From: Paraglaciecola sp.
GTDB lineage: Bacteria > Pseudomonadota > Gammaproteobacteria > Enterobacterales > Alteromonadaceae
Length of the DNA stretch: 64,000 nt
Assembly: GCA_009993955.1 (NCBI GenBank)
Contig: JAACSL010000009.1
Location: 46,369-110,368, forward strand
Direction of reading: 5' to 3'
Positions within the stretch are counted from its first letter, which is position 1. The number at the start of each line of letters is the position of its first letter. Position numbers and translations under genes: made by a program. Under the pieces are notes generated by a model that saw nothing but the letters and a program-made list of their open reading frames with translations, was not told the DNA's origin and made no database searches. Positions 1 through 8,996 of the stretch are shown piece by piece.

Positions 1-444
1 AACCCCATTGCAGTGCCTTTTTTGGCAAGAGACAAACGTGATACCACTGGTTTACTGGGTTTGACTTGGCGGCATGCGGCTAACATTCTTAAAATCAACA
101 GCATCTTTGCTTTTGATCTTTTAGAAAACGCCATCAGCAACAACGCGGCAAAATTAGGTATTCATAAATTGCGTTCAATTATCGACCAGCAATACGTGGG
201 TGATATCAATATTTTGCCGGCAGCGACCTTCGCCAATTTAAAACATATTGCGGCAAATCCAAGTTTGAAGAGCATCAGTGAGTTGATTCATCACGGTGAG
301 CGCGCCACATGGCCGCAACTGGATTTAATCAAACGTAACACCATGATCAGTAAAACCTTTGCGGGCTATCTAAAGCAGTTAAAGCTTCGCGAAGCAAGAT
401 TATTAACCCAGCACACTGAGCTGCGTCTGGTCAAAAACCAATAA
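1..444 (+). CDS. Patatin-like (SDP1/TGL4-type, DUF3336-associated) lipase, C-terminal fragment; the 5' end lies outside the window
   Basis: The frame is open from base 1. The tail motif HHGERATWPQLDLIKRNTMI resembles the conserved R-x-TW-x-L...IK.N tail of patatin TAG-lipase-like proteins. A strong terminator follows. Confidence 0.45.
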   Translation, partial: NPIAVPFLARDKRDTTGLLGLTWRHAANILKINSIFAFDLLENAISNNAAKLGIHKLRSIIDQQYVGDINILPAATFANLKHIAANPSLKSISELIHHGERATWPQLDLIKRNTMISKTFAGYLKQLKLREARLLTQHTELRLVKNQ

Positions 445-464
445 GTTTGATACGGATAAAAAAG

Positions 465-497
465 CAAAAAAAAGAGCGTCTTAAAGACGCTCTTTTA
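465..497. terminator. Bidirectional Rho-independent terminator between convergent genes
   Basis: A-run, then the GAGCGTC-TTAA-GACGCTC hairpin, then a T-run. Confidence 0.6.
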
Positions 498-511
498 CTA
501 TAAAACTGTGG

Positions 512-1111
512 TTATTTCTTGTCAGTTGTCACTGCAGTCTTAGTGCTTGGCTTTTTGACTGCTGCTTTACTTGCCGTAGCGCTTTTGTTCACTGCCGTTT
601 TTGCCGGAGTTGTTTTGCCAGACGCTTTTTTAGCGACTGGCTTTTTCACTGCAGGTGCTGCTTTAGCTGGCGCTGGCGTCGCTGCAGCAGCTTTAACTGC
701 TGGTGCTGGCTCTTGTGCTTTTACCTCTGCGGCTTTTTCTGCCACCGCTTTCTCAGCGGCTTTTTTTGCCGTCGCTTTTTGATGTGCTAATTTAGCCACT
801 ACATCAATAAGATTGTCGACGCGCTGCGACAGTTGTTCTAACTGTTGTTCACGAGTCTCACGACGGAAACCAAATGTTGCCCTTAACGCGGCTATTTTAC
901 TGTCCATCACTTGCCTCACTTGCAATTTTGCTTGTAATTGCGCTTCAAGGGATTCCCCTTTGGCGACTAATTCATTAACTAACGCACTACCCTCAACAAA
1001 CAGTTGGTCAAACTTACTGGCTGCTTGTTCACGTCCTGCTTCATAGGCACCGACGCCTGCAAGTAATGCATTGCGGGTTATGTTTTCAAGTTTCTTAGTG
1101 GATTTCAACAT
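512..1111 (-). CDS. PhaF-like PHA granule-associated protein: N-terminal phasin domain plus histone H1-like Ala/Lys/Pro-rich tail
   Basis: The N-terminus (NALLAGVGAYEAGREQAASKFDQLFVEGSALVNELVAKGE) is phasin-like. The C-terminal ~90 aa are AKKA/PAxK repeats. I chose the internal ATG at 1111 because AGGAG lies just upstream. Confidence 0.7.
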   Translation of the reverse strand: MLKSTKKLENITRNALLAGVGAYEAGREQAASKFDQLFVEGSALVNELVAKGESLEAQLQAKLQVRQVMDSKIAALRATFGFRRETREQQLEQLSQRVDNLIDVVAKLAHQKATAKKAAEKAVAEKAAEVKAQEPAPAVKAAAATPAPAKAAPAVKKPVAKKASGKTTPAKTAVNKSATASKAAVKKPSTKTAVTTDKK

Positions 1112-1174
1112 GATGCTCCTGACGGTGACTAAGGCTGGCAATCAATAGGTTTGCTGCTTAGTGTTGAAGAGAGA

Positions 1175-1197
1175 AAGTCTGGCCAAACGCCAGACTT
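1175..1197 (-). terminator. Rho-independent terminator downstream of the small phasin gene
   Basis: AGTCTGGC-caaac-GCCAGACT hairpin; on the minus strand it is followed by TTTCTCTCTT. Confidence 0.5.
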
Positions 1198-1205
1198 TAT
1201 GACAA

Positions 1206-1559
1206 TTACTTAGCAGCTAATTTAGCAACTGCGTCAGTCAGTGCGTCAATTTTAGCAGACAATTCTTCTACTTTTTGATCAGCACTTACTTTGTCTAAGC
1301 CTAACTTTTTGCGCACTTCAGCAACACGGGCTTCAACGGTTGATTTAACTTGAAACTTGTCTTTTGCTTCAGTTTCAATTTTTGCACCTTTGTCGACTAA
1401 TTCGTCAAACAATTTAGCTGCTTCAGCGCTTAATTTTTCGTAACGGCCTTGAGCTTCATCATAACTTTTACCGTAAGCACCTAAACCTGCTAACCAGATT
1501 TTACGCGCAAATTCTTCAGCTTCAGTTACTTTGCCTTTGATGGTGTCTAATTTAGTCAT
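1206..1559 (-). CDS. Phasin family protein (PhaI-like PHA granule-associated protein)
   Basis: 117 aa. The motif IWLAGLGAYGKSYDEAQGRYEKL...FDELVDKG is paralogous to the N-terminus of the neighbouring PhaF-like protein. Confidence 0.7.
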   Translation of the reverse strand: MTKLDTIKGKVTEAEEFARKIWLAGLGAYGKSYDEAQGRYEKLSAEAAKLFDELVDKGAKIETEAKDKFQVKSTVEARVAEVRKKLGLDKVSADQKVEELSAKIDALTDAVAKLAAK

Positions 1560-1718
1560 GGTTTTTTCCTCAGTTAATTAAGATGGTGTATCTCGACTGA
1601 GGATGAGAATAGAGATTTGATTTAGAAACCGCATACTAATTGAACAATTATTTGATGGGTTATCTGGTTTAATTTTTATGTGGTTGATTTTTAAGGTTTT
1701 ATTTTTTGCAAAATAATT

Positions 1719-1750
1719 GGCCAAGTGTCACTTATTTTGTGAACTTGGCC
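1719..1750 (-). terminator. Possible terminator of fadR
   Basis: GGCCAAGT-16 nt-ACTTGGCC inverted repeat 20 nt downstream of the fadR stop. The U-tract on the minus strand is weak. Confidence 0.35.
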
Positions 1751-1769
1751 GGTATCAAGACTATCTATC

Positions 1770-2480
1770 TCAGTCTACTAAGCCTTTGGGCATATCTTCG
1801 CGCATTTCTTGCCAGATTTTACCACTCTTGATGCCATAGGTTCTGATCACCAAGGGCACCTGTTTATAATCGCCATGTTGCGCTAACTCTAACAGTTGTT
1901 GGTAATAAGCTCGGGTTAACTCACGGGATTTAGGATTGGAGAAAAAGTAACCACCGATCCGAGAGTAAAGGCCTTTAAACCCGTTCATCATTAATACATA
2001 CACGGGATTACCCGATGCAAAGGCCAAGTCATGAGATAATTGATAGTCATTACCAGCAAATTCATTGGCGTTGTCGGGTTTGTCGCAATAGGCTTGAATG
2101 ATTTCTATGGCTTTGTCTTGGTTGTTTTTAATGGCGCCACGAATAAAGACTGCACTCAGATTTGTTCTTGCCGCCAGCAAATGATCGACTAGCTCAGGGA
2201 TCCCTTCTTCGTCAAGGCGGGCCAGAGTTTCCAAAATGTTTAAGCCTGAGGTTTCCCAAAAATTGTTCACTTTGGTGGGCTTGCCGTGTTGGATAGTCAG
2301 CCACCCGTCTCTGGCTAGACGCTGCAAGACTTCACGCAAGGTTGTGCGCGTAACACCGATTAATTCAGACAATTCACGCTCTGCGGGCAGAATGGTCCCA
2401 GGGGGAAAACGCCTGCTCCAAATAGATTCCACTATGTATTCTTCAGCAAATCCAGCTGGGCTTTGAGCCTTGTAAATCAT
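1770..2480 (-). CDS. fadR: Fatty acid metabolism transcriptional regulator FadR (GntR family)
   Basis: 236 aa. The N-terminus ([82 protein letters not shown]) is near-diagnostic for FadR. Synteny with nhaB and dsbB agrees. Confidence 0.95.
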   Translation of the reverse strand: MIYKAQSPAGFAEEYIVESIWSRRFPPGTILPAERELSELIGVTRTTLREVLQRLARDGWLTIQHGKPTKVNNFWETSGLNILETLARLDEEGIPELVDHLLAARTNLSAVFIRGAIKNNQDKAIEIIQAYCDKPDNANEFAGNDYQLSHDLAFASGNPVYVLMMNGFKGLYSRIGGYFFSNPKSRELTRAYYQQLLELAQHGDYKQVPLVIRTYGIKSGKIWQEMREDMPKGLVD

Positions 2481-2731
2481 CTACGTCTCACTTGGTTATA
2501 ATTGTTATTATAATTTGTTAACTGATTGTACCAGATGATTTTTCATCGGCACAACGAATCTTTACCCAGCACCTGAATCACATGGCAAACAGGCGAATGT
2601 TATCTCACCGTTACATTCGCCATATTAATCTTACAATAATGCCTAAGCTTTAGATTTTCCTTGCTTTTTTGGGTTACACTATTTAAAACATTGTTATATT
2701 AACAAAAAAGATTTAGCAAGGATCCTTACTT

Positions 2732-4315
2732 ATGTCCATGTCAATACCACAGGCCATTGCCGCAAATTTTTTAGGTAAAGCGCCAAATTGGTACAAACAA
2801 GCGATTATTGCCTTTCTTCTTATTAACCCTCTTCTTTTTATGGCCAATCCATTTTTAGCTGGATGGGCCTTAGTCGCTGAGTTTATCTTCACCCTGGCCA
2901 TGGCATTAAAATGTTATCCCTTGCAACCGGGCGGGATTTTATTAATTCAAGCCTTGTTTATTGGCATGACTACACCTGAGCACATGAAACATGAAATGGT
3001 GGTTAACGTAGAAGTTATCTTACTACTAGTGTTCATGGTAGCAGGTATCTACTTCATGAAGACCATGTTGTTATATCTGTTTACCAAGCTGCTGTTGAAG
3101 CTGAAAAACAAGATTACTTTATCCATTGCCTTTGCCGCTGCATCTGCCTTTTTATCAGCGTTTCTCGATGCGCTAACCGTGGTGGCGGTGATTATCACAG
3201 TGGCCATGGGCTTTTATTCTATCTATCACAAGGTGGCGTCTGGTAAAGACTTTAACTCCGACCACGACCACTCCGATGACGAACATCTCGCTCATCCAAC
3301 TCGCCAAGATTTAGAAGAATTTCGCGCTTTTTTGCGAAATCTGATGATGCACGCCGGTATTGGTACCGCTTTAGGGGGAGTGATGACCATGGTAGGTGAA
3401 CCACAAAACCTGATCATCGCCGATAAAGCGAGTTGGAATTTTGTTGAGTTCTTTTTACGCATGGCGCCCGTTACTATCCCCGTGTTTGTTGCAGGCTTAA
3501 TGACAACGTATCTGGTAGAGAAATTTAAACTGTTTACTTACGGAGCCAAACTACCCGACGTGGTGCGTGAAATTCTCACCAACTACAGTCTGGATGTGGA
3601 TAAAAATCTCACTTCACAAGACAAAGCTAAGTTGTGGGTGCAGGGTTTAATAGCGGTATGGCTGGTCATTGGTTTAGCGGGGCATTTTGCGGCGGTAGGC
3701 TTAATTGGCCTGTCTATCATTGTATTAGGCACGTCATTCACTGGCATCATTGATGAACACTCCATCGGCAAAGCGTTTGAAGAGTCCTTACCTTTCACTG
3801 CGCTCTTGTGTGTGTTTTTTGGGGTGGTCGCGGTCATCATTGATCAAGGACTATTTTCGCCGGTTATTCACTGGGTATTAAGCTACGAGGGTAAGACCCA
3901 GCTTGTATTGTTCTACCTGGCTAACGGCTTGTTATCGATGGTCAGTGACAACGTATTTGTTGGCTCTGTCTACATTACTGAAGTGGCAGCGGCTCTACAA
4001 AAAGGTGAGATTACTCGTGACCAATTTGATATGTTAGCTGTGGCCATCAACACCGGCACCAACTTACCCAGTATTGCCACACCCAATGGTCAAGCAGCGT
4101 TTTTGTTCTTATTAACGTCTGCCATCGCCCCATTACTACGTTTATCCTATGGCACCATGGTTTACATGGCTTTGCCCTACACCATCGTATTAACCATCGT
4201 TGGTTTGGCTTGTGTTTACTTTGGCCTGCAGGACATCACCAGTTGGATGTATGACGTTCACTTGATTAATCACCACTCGGCTGCGGCGGCCGCCGCTGCA
4301 GCTGCGGCGCATTAG
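2732..4315 (+). CDS. nhaB: Na+/H+ antiporter NhaB
   Basis: 527 aa polytopic membrane protein. The N-terminus ([24 protein letters not shown]) and overall length are typical of NhaB. It sits in the fadR-nhaB-dsbB synteny. The C-terminus carries a 10-Ala run. Confidence 0.93.
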   Translation: MSMSIPQAIAANFLGKAPNWYKQAIIAFLLINPLLFMANPFLAGWALVAEFIFTLAMALKCYPLQPGGILLIQALFIGMTTPEHMKHEMVVNVEVILLLVFMVAGIYFMKTMLLYLFTKLLLKLKNKITLSIAFAAASAFLSAFLDALTVVAVIITVAMGFYSIYHKVASGKDFNSDHDHSDDEHLAHPTRQDLEEFRAFLRNLMMHAGIGTALGGVMTMVGEPQNLIIADKASWNFVEFFLRMAPVTIPVFVAGLMTTYLVEKFKLFTYGAKLPDVVREILTNYSLDVDKNLTSQDKAKLWVQGLIAVWLVIGLAGHFAAVGLIGLSIIVLGTSFTGIIDEHSIGKAFEESLPFTALLCVFFGVVAVIIDQGLFSPVIHWVLSYEGKTQLVLFYLANGLLSMVSDNVFVGSVYITEVAAALQKGEITRDQFDMLAVAINTGTNLPSIATPNGQAAFLFLLTSAIAPLLRLSYGTMVYMALPYTIVLTIVGLACVYFGLQDITSWMYDVHLINHHSAAAAAAAAAAH

Positions 4316-4335
4316 AGACTTAGGACCTGACAATT

Positions 4336-4851
4336 ATGCTGAAAAGCTTGGCTAATTTAAGTCGCAACAACAGTGCGTGGGCAATGTTGTTGTTTTCTGC
4401 ATTGGGATTAGAAGCGGCGGCCTTGTACTTTCAATATTCAATGGAATTACGCCCGTGCATCATGTGTATTTATCAACGCACGGCTGTGTTTGGCATTCTG
4501 TTTTCAGCGCTGTTACCAGTGCTCAGCAATAACCTATTAACCCGTATGGTTGCTTATCTCGGTTGGGGAGTAAGTGCGGTGTGGGGCCTGCTCATCGCTT
4601 ATGAGCATGTTGACCTTCAGACAGCTGCCAATCCATTTTTTGCCACCTGTGAAATTGTCCCTAACTTCCCCAGTTGGGCACCGTTACACGAGTGGTTACC
4701 GAGTGTCTTTGCTGCCACGGGGGATTGCGGTGATATCAACTGGTCATTTGTTGGCATGAGTATGCCACAGTGGATGTTGGTTATTTTTGCGATTTATACG
4801 GGCATTTTGGCTTTAGTGTTGCTGGGTAAAGTATTACCCAGCAGAGCCTAG
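4336..4851 (+). CDS. dsbB: Disulfide bond formation protein B
   Basis: 171 aa with four TM segments. It has the CxxC-type pair (RPCIMCIYQR) and a second periplasmic Cys pair (ATCEIV...GDCGD). It lies downstream of nhaB, as in E. coli. Confidence 0.9.
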   Translation: MLKSLANLSRNNSAWAMLLFSALGLEAAALYFQYSMELRPCIMCIYQRTAVFGILFSALLPVLSNNLLTRMVAYLGWGVSAVWGLLIAYEHVDLQTAANPFFATCEIVPNFPSWAPLHEWLPSVFAATGDCGDINWSFVGMSMPQWMLVIFAIYTGILALVLLGKVLPSRA

Positions 4852-4890
4852 TTTACGCAGATTGTATAACACCAATCAACGCAAGCTTGT

Positions 4891-5385
4891 TTAATCCAAG
4901 TCACTTAAAGGCCAAAGGGCAATATAGTCCTCAAAATCATTGAGATCGACTTGGCTGTCAAAAATTGTCTTACCTCTTACTGACATACCGGCCTTATGCA
5001 TAGCGGCTTTTTTGCCGCCATTTAACAAGGGGTGCCAAGTAGGTAAACCTCTGCCCTCTTGTAATCGTCGATAGCTGCAACTTGGTGGCATAAAAAAGAT
5101 ATCTTGCAAGTTCTCTTTGGTCAGTTTGACACATTCGGGTACCAATACAGTGCGTTGCATATATTGGGTACAAGAACAGGTTTTAGTGTTCAAAAGGTTG
5201 CAGACGATGTTGGTATAATGCACCTGTTCGGTGGGCTGCATTTGCTCAGTGGCGGTCATTTCTTGCACGTTTTCGTCATCGATAAACTTGTGCAAACAGC
5301 ATTTGGCACAACCGTCACAAATGGATTCCCATTCAGCATCGGTCATTTGTTCTAAGGTTTTGGTTTGCCAGTATGCTTCCTTCAT
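4891..5385 (-). CDS. ycgN: YcgN family cysteine-cluster protein (UPF0260)
   Basis: The motifs WESICDGCAKCCLHKF and ...CSCTQY are typical of YcgN. Confidence 0.85.
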   Translation of the reverse strand: MKEAYWQTKTLEQMTDAEWESICDGCAKCCLHKFIDDENVQEMTATEQMQPTEQVHYTNIVCNLLNTKTCSCTQYMQRTVLVPECVKLTKENLQDIFFMPPSCSYRRLQEGRGLPTWHPLLNGGKKAAMHKAGMSVRGKTIFDSQVDLNDFEDYIALWPLSDLD

Positions 5386-5759
5386 ATATTAAATTTTAAC
5401 CACATCAGTGCCGCACTGCGATCTTCAAAGTTTTTAATAGGCAGGGCGTATTTATCAGAAAATCCCGCCACAAGATTTTGGTTATTGTCTTGAGGGTTCA
5501 CTATTCTGGCTATCTTAATGTCCGCTAACCAATTTTGCTCATGCATACGTAACATGATTGTGCTCATTTCCACAGCTGAGTAAGCCAAGATCAATTGTGT
5601 GACATCAAGCACAACATGCTTGACCTGATTCTTGCCCGCCAGCTTCACAATGTTTTTCAGCATATGCTCGGTGTCAATGGCATGTTTAATCGTGCCTTGC
5701 ACTTCACAGATTAATAATTTGTTTGGTACGTCAACTTCATGACTAAAAGTAAATGACAT
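5382..5759 (-). CDS. Hypothetical small protein, possibly STAS/anti-sigma-antagonist-like fold
   Basis: 125 aa ORF. Its stop overlaps the ycgN start (ATGA), and its start lies 3 nt after the ycgM stop, so it is clearly embedded in the operon. The fold guess is weak. Confidence 0.5.
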   Translation of the reverse strand: MSFTFSHEVDVPNKLLICEVQGTIKHAIDTEHMLKNIVKLAGKNQVKHVVLDVTQLILAYSAVEMSTIMLRMHEQNWLADIKIARIVNPQDNNQNLVAGFSDKYALPIKNFEDRSAALMWLKFNI

Positions 5760-5762
5760 AAG

Positions 5763-6446
5763 TTAATTTACCTTAGTATGGATGATAAATAGCGTGTTTT
5801 GCCCATTGTGTAGACTCAGAGTAAGTTGGTCATCATGCTGCAACGCCGCCACACCACGAGGGGTGCCGGTTAATACAATATCTCCGGGTAATAGCGTAAA
5901 GGTTTGAGAAATATGCACGATCAGCTCGTCAATCGTTGTCAGCATGTCCTTAGTATAACCTTGCTGACGTAATTCACTATTAACCGCCAATTGAAAGCTC
6001 AACGCTTGATGATCTTGCACGTCACTCTTAGGTACAAAGGCACTAACAGGACAGCTCCCATCAAAGGCTTTGGCTCTTTCCCATGGATAACCTTGCCGTT
6101 TGAGACTGTCTTGCAATTGCCTGAGGGTCAGATCAAGGGCCAAACCATAACCCCAAATCGCGTGTGTCAGTTCGGCATGTTTGGCATTTTTTAAAGGTTG
6201 TTTAATCAACACCGCCAACTCAATTTCGTTGTGGCACTCCCCTTGACCTGTGGGAAGATTGATCGCCTCATCTACCCTCACTACACCGGTGGAAGGTTTG
6301 ATAAACAACAACGGTTGCTCGGGTACACTATTTTTGAGTTCTTGAATGTGTTGTAAATAATTTCGCCCAACACACACCACCTTCCCTACGGGCAGCGCAA
6401 TAGCGTGTCCATTTACATCGTGGTGCTGGTATGTCATCAAACTCAT
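5763..6446 (-). CDS. ycgM: Fumarylacetoacetate hydrolase family protein (YcgM-like)
   Basis: 227 aa. It carries the FAH-family motifs VCVGRNYLQHIQE, NEIELAVLI and LLPGDIVLTGTPRGV. Confidence 0.85.
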   Translation of the reverse strand: MSLMTYQHHDVNGHAIALPVGKVVCVGRNYLQHIQELKNSVPEQPLLFIKPSTGVVRVDEAINLPTGQGECHNEIELAVLIKQPLKNAKHAELTHAIWGYGLALDLTLRQLQDSLKRQGYPWERAKAFDGSCPVSAFVPKSDVQDHQALSFQLAVNSELRQQGYTKDMLTTIDELIVHISQTFTLLPGDIVLTGTPRGVAALQHDDQLTLSLHNGQNTLFIIHTKVN

Positions 6447-6449
6447 TGC

Positions 6450-7424
6450 TTAACTACCCTTTTTAATCCTATCTGCCAAATAACCTACCGTCACCCCAAA
6501 ATAAGACGAACGATTCCATTTCATCAAGGTGTGAAAGTTTTCGTAGACTAAATAAATACGTCCGTTCGGGCCATCTGGCGCAATCAACGAAGCTGTTATT
6601 TTTAGTTCGGGTAAATCGCCCCCTTCATAGCGGCGAATACCTAGGGTTTGCCAATCTGCTAAGGTTCGACGTTTAGTTTGGTCTAAGCCAGCGGCGGCAA
6701 AATCAAAATCGGCGGGCACTTTTACTTGCCGTCCCCAAGTCAGCTCATCTTGCCAACCTTGCTTAGCTAAAAATTGGGCAATAGACGCAAACACATCTGC
6801 CTGATTGCGCCAAATATCTCGTTTGCCGTCACCATCAAAATCTTGTGCATAAGCCAAGAATGACGTTGGCATAAATTGACTCTGTCCCATCGCCCCTGCC
6901 CACGAGCCTTTAAAGTCATCTAGGCTGATGTGATCTTCTTGAAGTATGGTTAACGCGGCAAAAAATTCTTTTCTGAACAATGCTTCTCGACGACCATCGT
7001 AAGCCAACGACGCTAAGGCAGATAAAACCGGGAAATTACCGGTAATTTTGCCAAAATTACTTTCATTGCCCCATAAGGCCACAATAAACCGAGCTTGCAC
7101 CCCATATTGCCCAGCAATCTTGTTGAGTACATCTTGATGCTCCGTCATCAAGGCCAGTGCTTGTTTTACTTTCCAATCTGGTACCCGAGTGGCAAGGTAT
7201 GTATCTAAGGTTATTCTGCTTTCTGGTTGATTTTTATCTGCGCTCACCGCTTTCTGGTGATAAGTCACACCCGCCAAACTTTGTTGCACAAAATCCTCAG
7301 TAAAACCCAGTTGTAGCGCTTCCTGCTGCAAACCCTGCAGGTACTCGGCAAAACTTATTTGTCCATCAGTAGCACTCACCGTAGCCACAAATAGGCTGCA
7401 GGCACTACAAATAGCGAAAACCAT
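6450..7424 (-). CDS. Lytic murein transglycosylase (MltB family)
   Basis: Motifs WGNESNFG, SWAGAMGQSQFMPTSF and DFDGDGKRDIW. I chose the start at MVFAICSACSLF (signal peptide) because the longer ORF would overlap ycgL. Confidence 0.85.
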   Translation of the reverse strand: MVFAICSACSLFVATVSATDGQISFAEYLQGLQQEALQLGFTEDFVQQSLAGVTYHQKAVSADKNQPESRITLDTYLATRVPDWKVKQALALMTEHQDVLNKIAGQYGVQARFIVALWGNESNFGKITGNFPVLSALASLAYDGRREALFRKEFFAALTILQEDHISLDDFKGSWAGAMGQSQFMPTSFLAYAQDFDGDGKRDIWRNQADVFASIAQFLAKQGWQDELTWGRQVKVPADFDFAAAGLDQTKRRTLADWQTLGIRRYEGGDLPELKITASLIAPDGPNGRIYLVYENFHTLMKWNRSSYFGVTVGYLADRIKKGS

Positions 7425-7434
7425 CGCCTTCAAC

Positions 7435-7731
7435 TTATTCGCCACCCCTCCCTCCTTTTTTTCGAGTTTGCTCAGCCAAATGTGCATTAAGTAGATTTTC
7501 TGTTGGTGGCGGTAATTGCAAGTAGTAGCCTTTCTCGCTTAATTCACTGCGTAATTTTGCCATATCAACTTGCGCCAACTTTCGGTCTGCTTTGAGTGGC
7601 ATAATCATTAAAAATATCGGTGAACCAAAAGTTTGCATCAGCGCCGCAGGCACGCGTTGAAAGTCATCACGCCCTGGCACGTATAAATACGTTTCTGCTC
7701 TTCTGCTACTTTTGTATACGGCGCACAGCAC
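7435..7731 (-). CDS. ycgL: YcgL domain-containing protein
   Basis: CAVYKSSRRAETYLYV...DDFQRVP...GYYLQLPPP matches the YcgL family. The GTG start overlaps the rnd stop by 1 nt. Confidence 0.85.
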   Translation of the reverse strand: MLCAVYKSSRRAETYLYVPGRDDFQRVPAALMQTFGSPIFLMIMPLKADRKLAQVDMAKLRSELSEKGYYLQLPPPTENLLNAHLAEQTRKKGGRGGE

Positions 7732-8921
7732 TATTTTTTCCCCTCTGAGTGTATCTGCAATTGTCGTTCACGCATTTTATTGGCTAAGTCTAGCTCTGTA
7801 ATCGTCAAAAGATCCTGCAGAAACAATGGCTGACGCCAACCACTGATAAGATCGGGTACCAAACCCAGTAAGCTTGTCTCATCACGTTCAAACCAGCACC
7901 AAGCAATCAGCTGATTCACCTGCTTTTTTGACCCTACCACTTCGAGGGGAATGTTATAAGTTTCTGCCACCTTTGCGCAGCAGAGTTTAACGGCGCTGGA
8001 TACTTTCTTAAACAGGGGGAAGTCGGTTAGCCGTTCAACACGTGGGGGATACTGCTCAGCTGGACTAGTCTGACATTCCGCTACGATGTTTAACATGGCT
8101 TGGGCATGAAAACGAATTTCATGATGATTGATCCCCGAGATTGCACTTAAGGCGACCTTACTGCTGGGTTGTTTGCGAGCGATTTCAACTAAATTTTGCT
8201 CTCGCACCACAAAGTTAATCGACATATCTTTGTCACGTGCAACCTGCATTCGCCATGCTGCTAATTGTTGTAAAATTAACAACGACTTACCTGATAATTG
8301 CCAGTTATGACTGATGTTTAAGTAGGCATATTCCAAGGGCATTTGGCTTTGTTTCTTTTGTGCAAGCGCTGCAATTTCTTCTACTACCCAAACATATTTT
8401 TGCTGGTCAATGGTGTCTTTGATTAACTGCGGAAAAAGTTGCCACAAATATAAAACGTCGTTAGCTGCATAGGCACATTGCTCAGTGCTTAAGGGTCTTG
8501 CCAACCAGTCGGTGCGCGACTCACCTTTGTCAACTTGCACATTCAACATCATTTCCACCAGTTTGGCGTAGCCAAGTGATGTCCCCATTCCCAATAAACT
8601 GGCGGCTACCTGCGTATCGAAGATTGGCGTGGGCATGATCTTAAATGCTTGCCAAAAGGTCTCTAAATCTTCTGAACAAGAATGAAGAACCTTGGTGACC
8701 TTGGGATTGGTTAATAAGGTGATAAGACTGGAAAAATCATCAATTTGCTGAGGGTCGACTAACACCAAACGTTTTCCATCATAGAGTTGGATTAACCCCA
8801 ATTGTGGATAAAGTGTGCGAGTTCTTACAAATTCGGTATCCACCGCCAAGGCGTCGCCCTGATTGGCGCTAGCACAAAAAGCATTCAATTCAGCCGTTTG
8901 TGTAAGTATTTCATAGTGCAT
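7731..8921 (-). CDS. rnd: Ribonuclease D
   Basis: 396 aa. It has the DEDD 3'-5' exonuclease motifs (AVDTEF, HSCSEDLE, YAANDVLYL) and an HRDC region. It is adjacent to fadD, as in E. coli. Confidence 0.9.
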   Translation of the reverse strand: MHYEILTQTAELNAFCASANQGDALAVDTEFVRTRTLYPQLGLIQLYDGKRLVLVDPQQIDDFSSLITLLTNPKVTKVLHSCSEDLETFWQAFKIMPTPIFDTQVAASLLGMGTSLGYAKLVEMMLNVQVDKGESRTDWLARPLSTEQCAYAANDVLYLWQLFPQLIKDTIDQQKYVWVVEEIAALAQKKQSQMPLEYAYLNISHNWQLSGKSLLILQQLAAWRMQVARDKDMSINFVVREQNLVEIARKQPSSKVALSAISGINHHEIRFHAQAMLNIVAECQTSPAEQYPPRVERLTDFPLFKKVSSAVKLCCAKVAETYNIPLEVVGSKKQVNQLIAWCWFERDETSLLGLVPDLISGWRQPLFLQDLLTITELDLANKMRERQLQIHSEGKK

Positions 8922-8938
8922 GGCATTCCAAAAAACGT

Positions 8939-8967
8939 TAAAAAGCCGGCATTTTGCCGGCTTTTTG
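8939..8967 (-). terminator. Rho-independent terminator downstream of fadD (bidirectional shape)
   Basis: AAAAAGCCGGCA-TT-TTGCCGGCTTTTT. Confidence 0.6.
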
Positions 8968-8996
8968 CTTCACCAAAATCGGGGAGCAGTTAGCAA

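Noticed and set aside
519-1046. Two + strand ORFs (87 and 77 aa) antisense to the PhaF-like phasin gene.
   Set aside because: They are shadow ORFs created by the Ala/Lys-rich repetitive coding strand. They have no ribosome-binding site and a low-complexity translation.
7425-7487. An N-terminal extension of the mltB-like ORF (MHIWLSKLEKKEGGVANKLKA).
   Set aside because: It would overlap the ycgL 3' end by about 50 nt. The internal ATG gives a normal signal peptide, so I preferred the shorter model.
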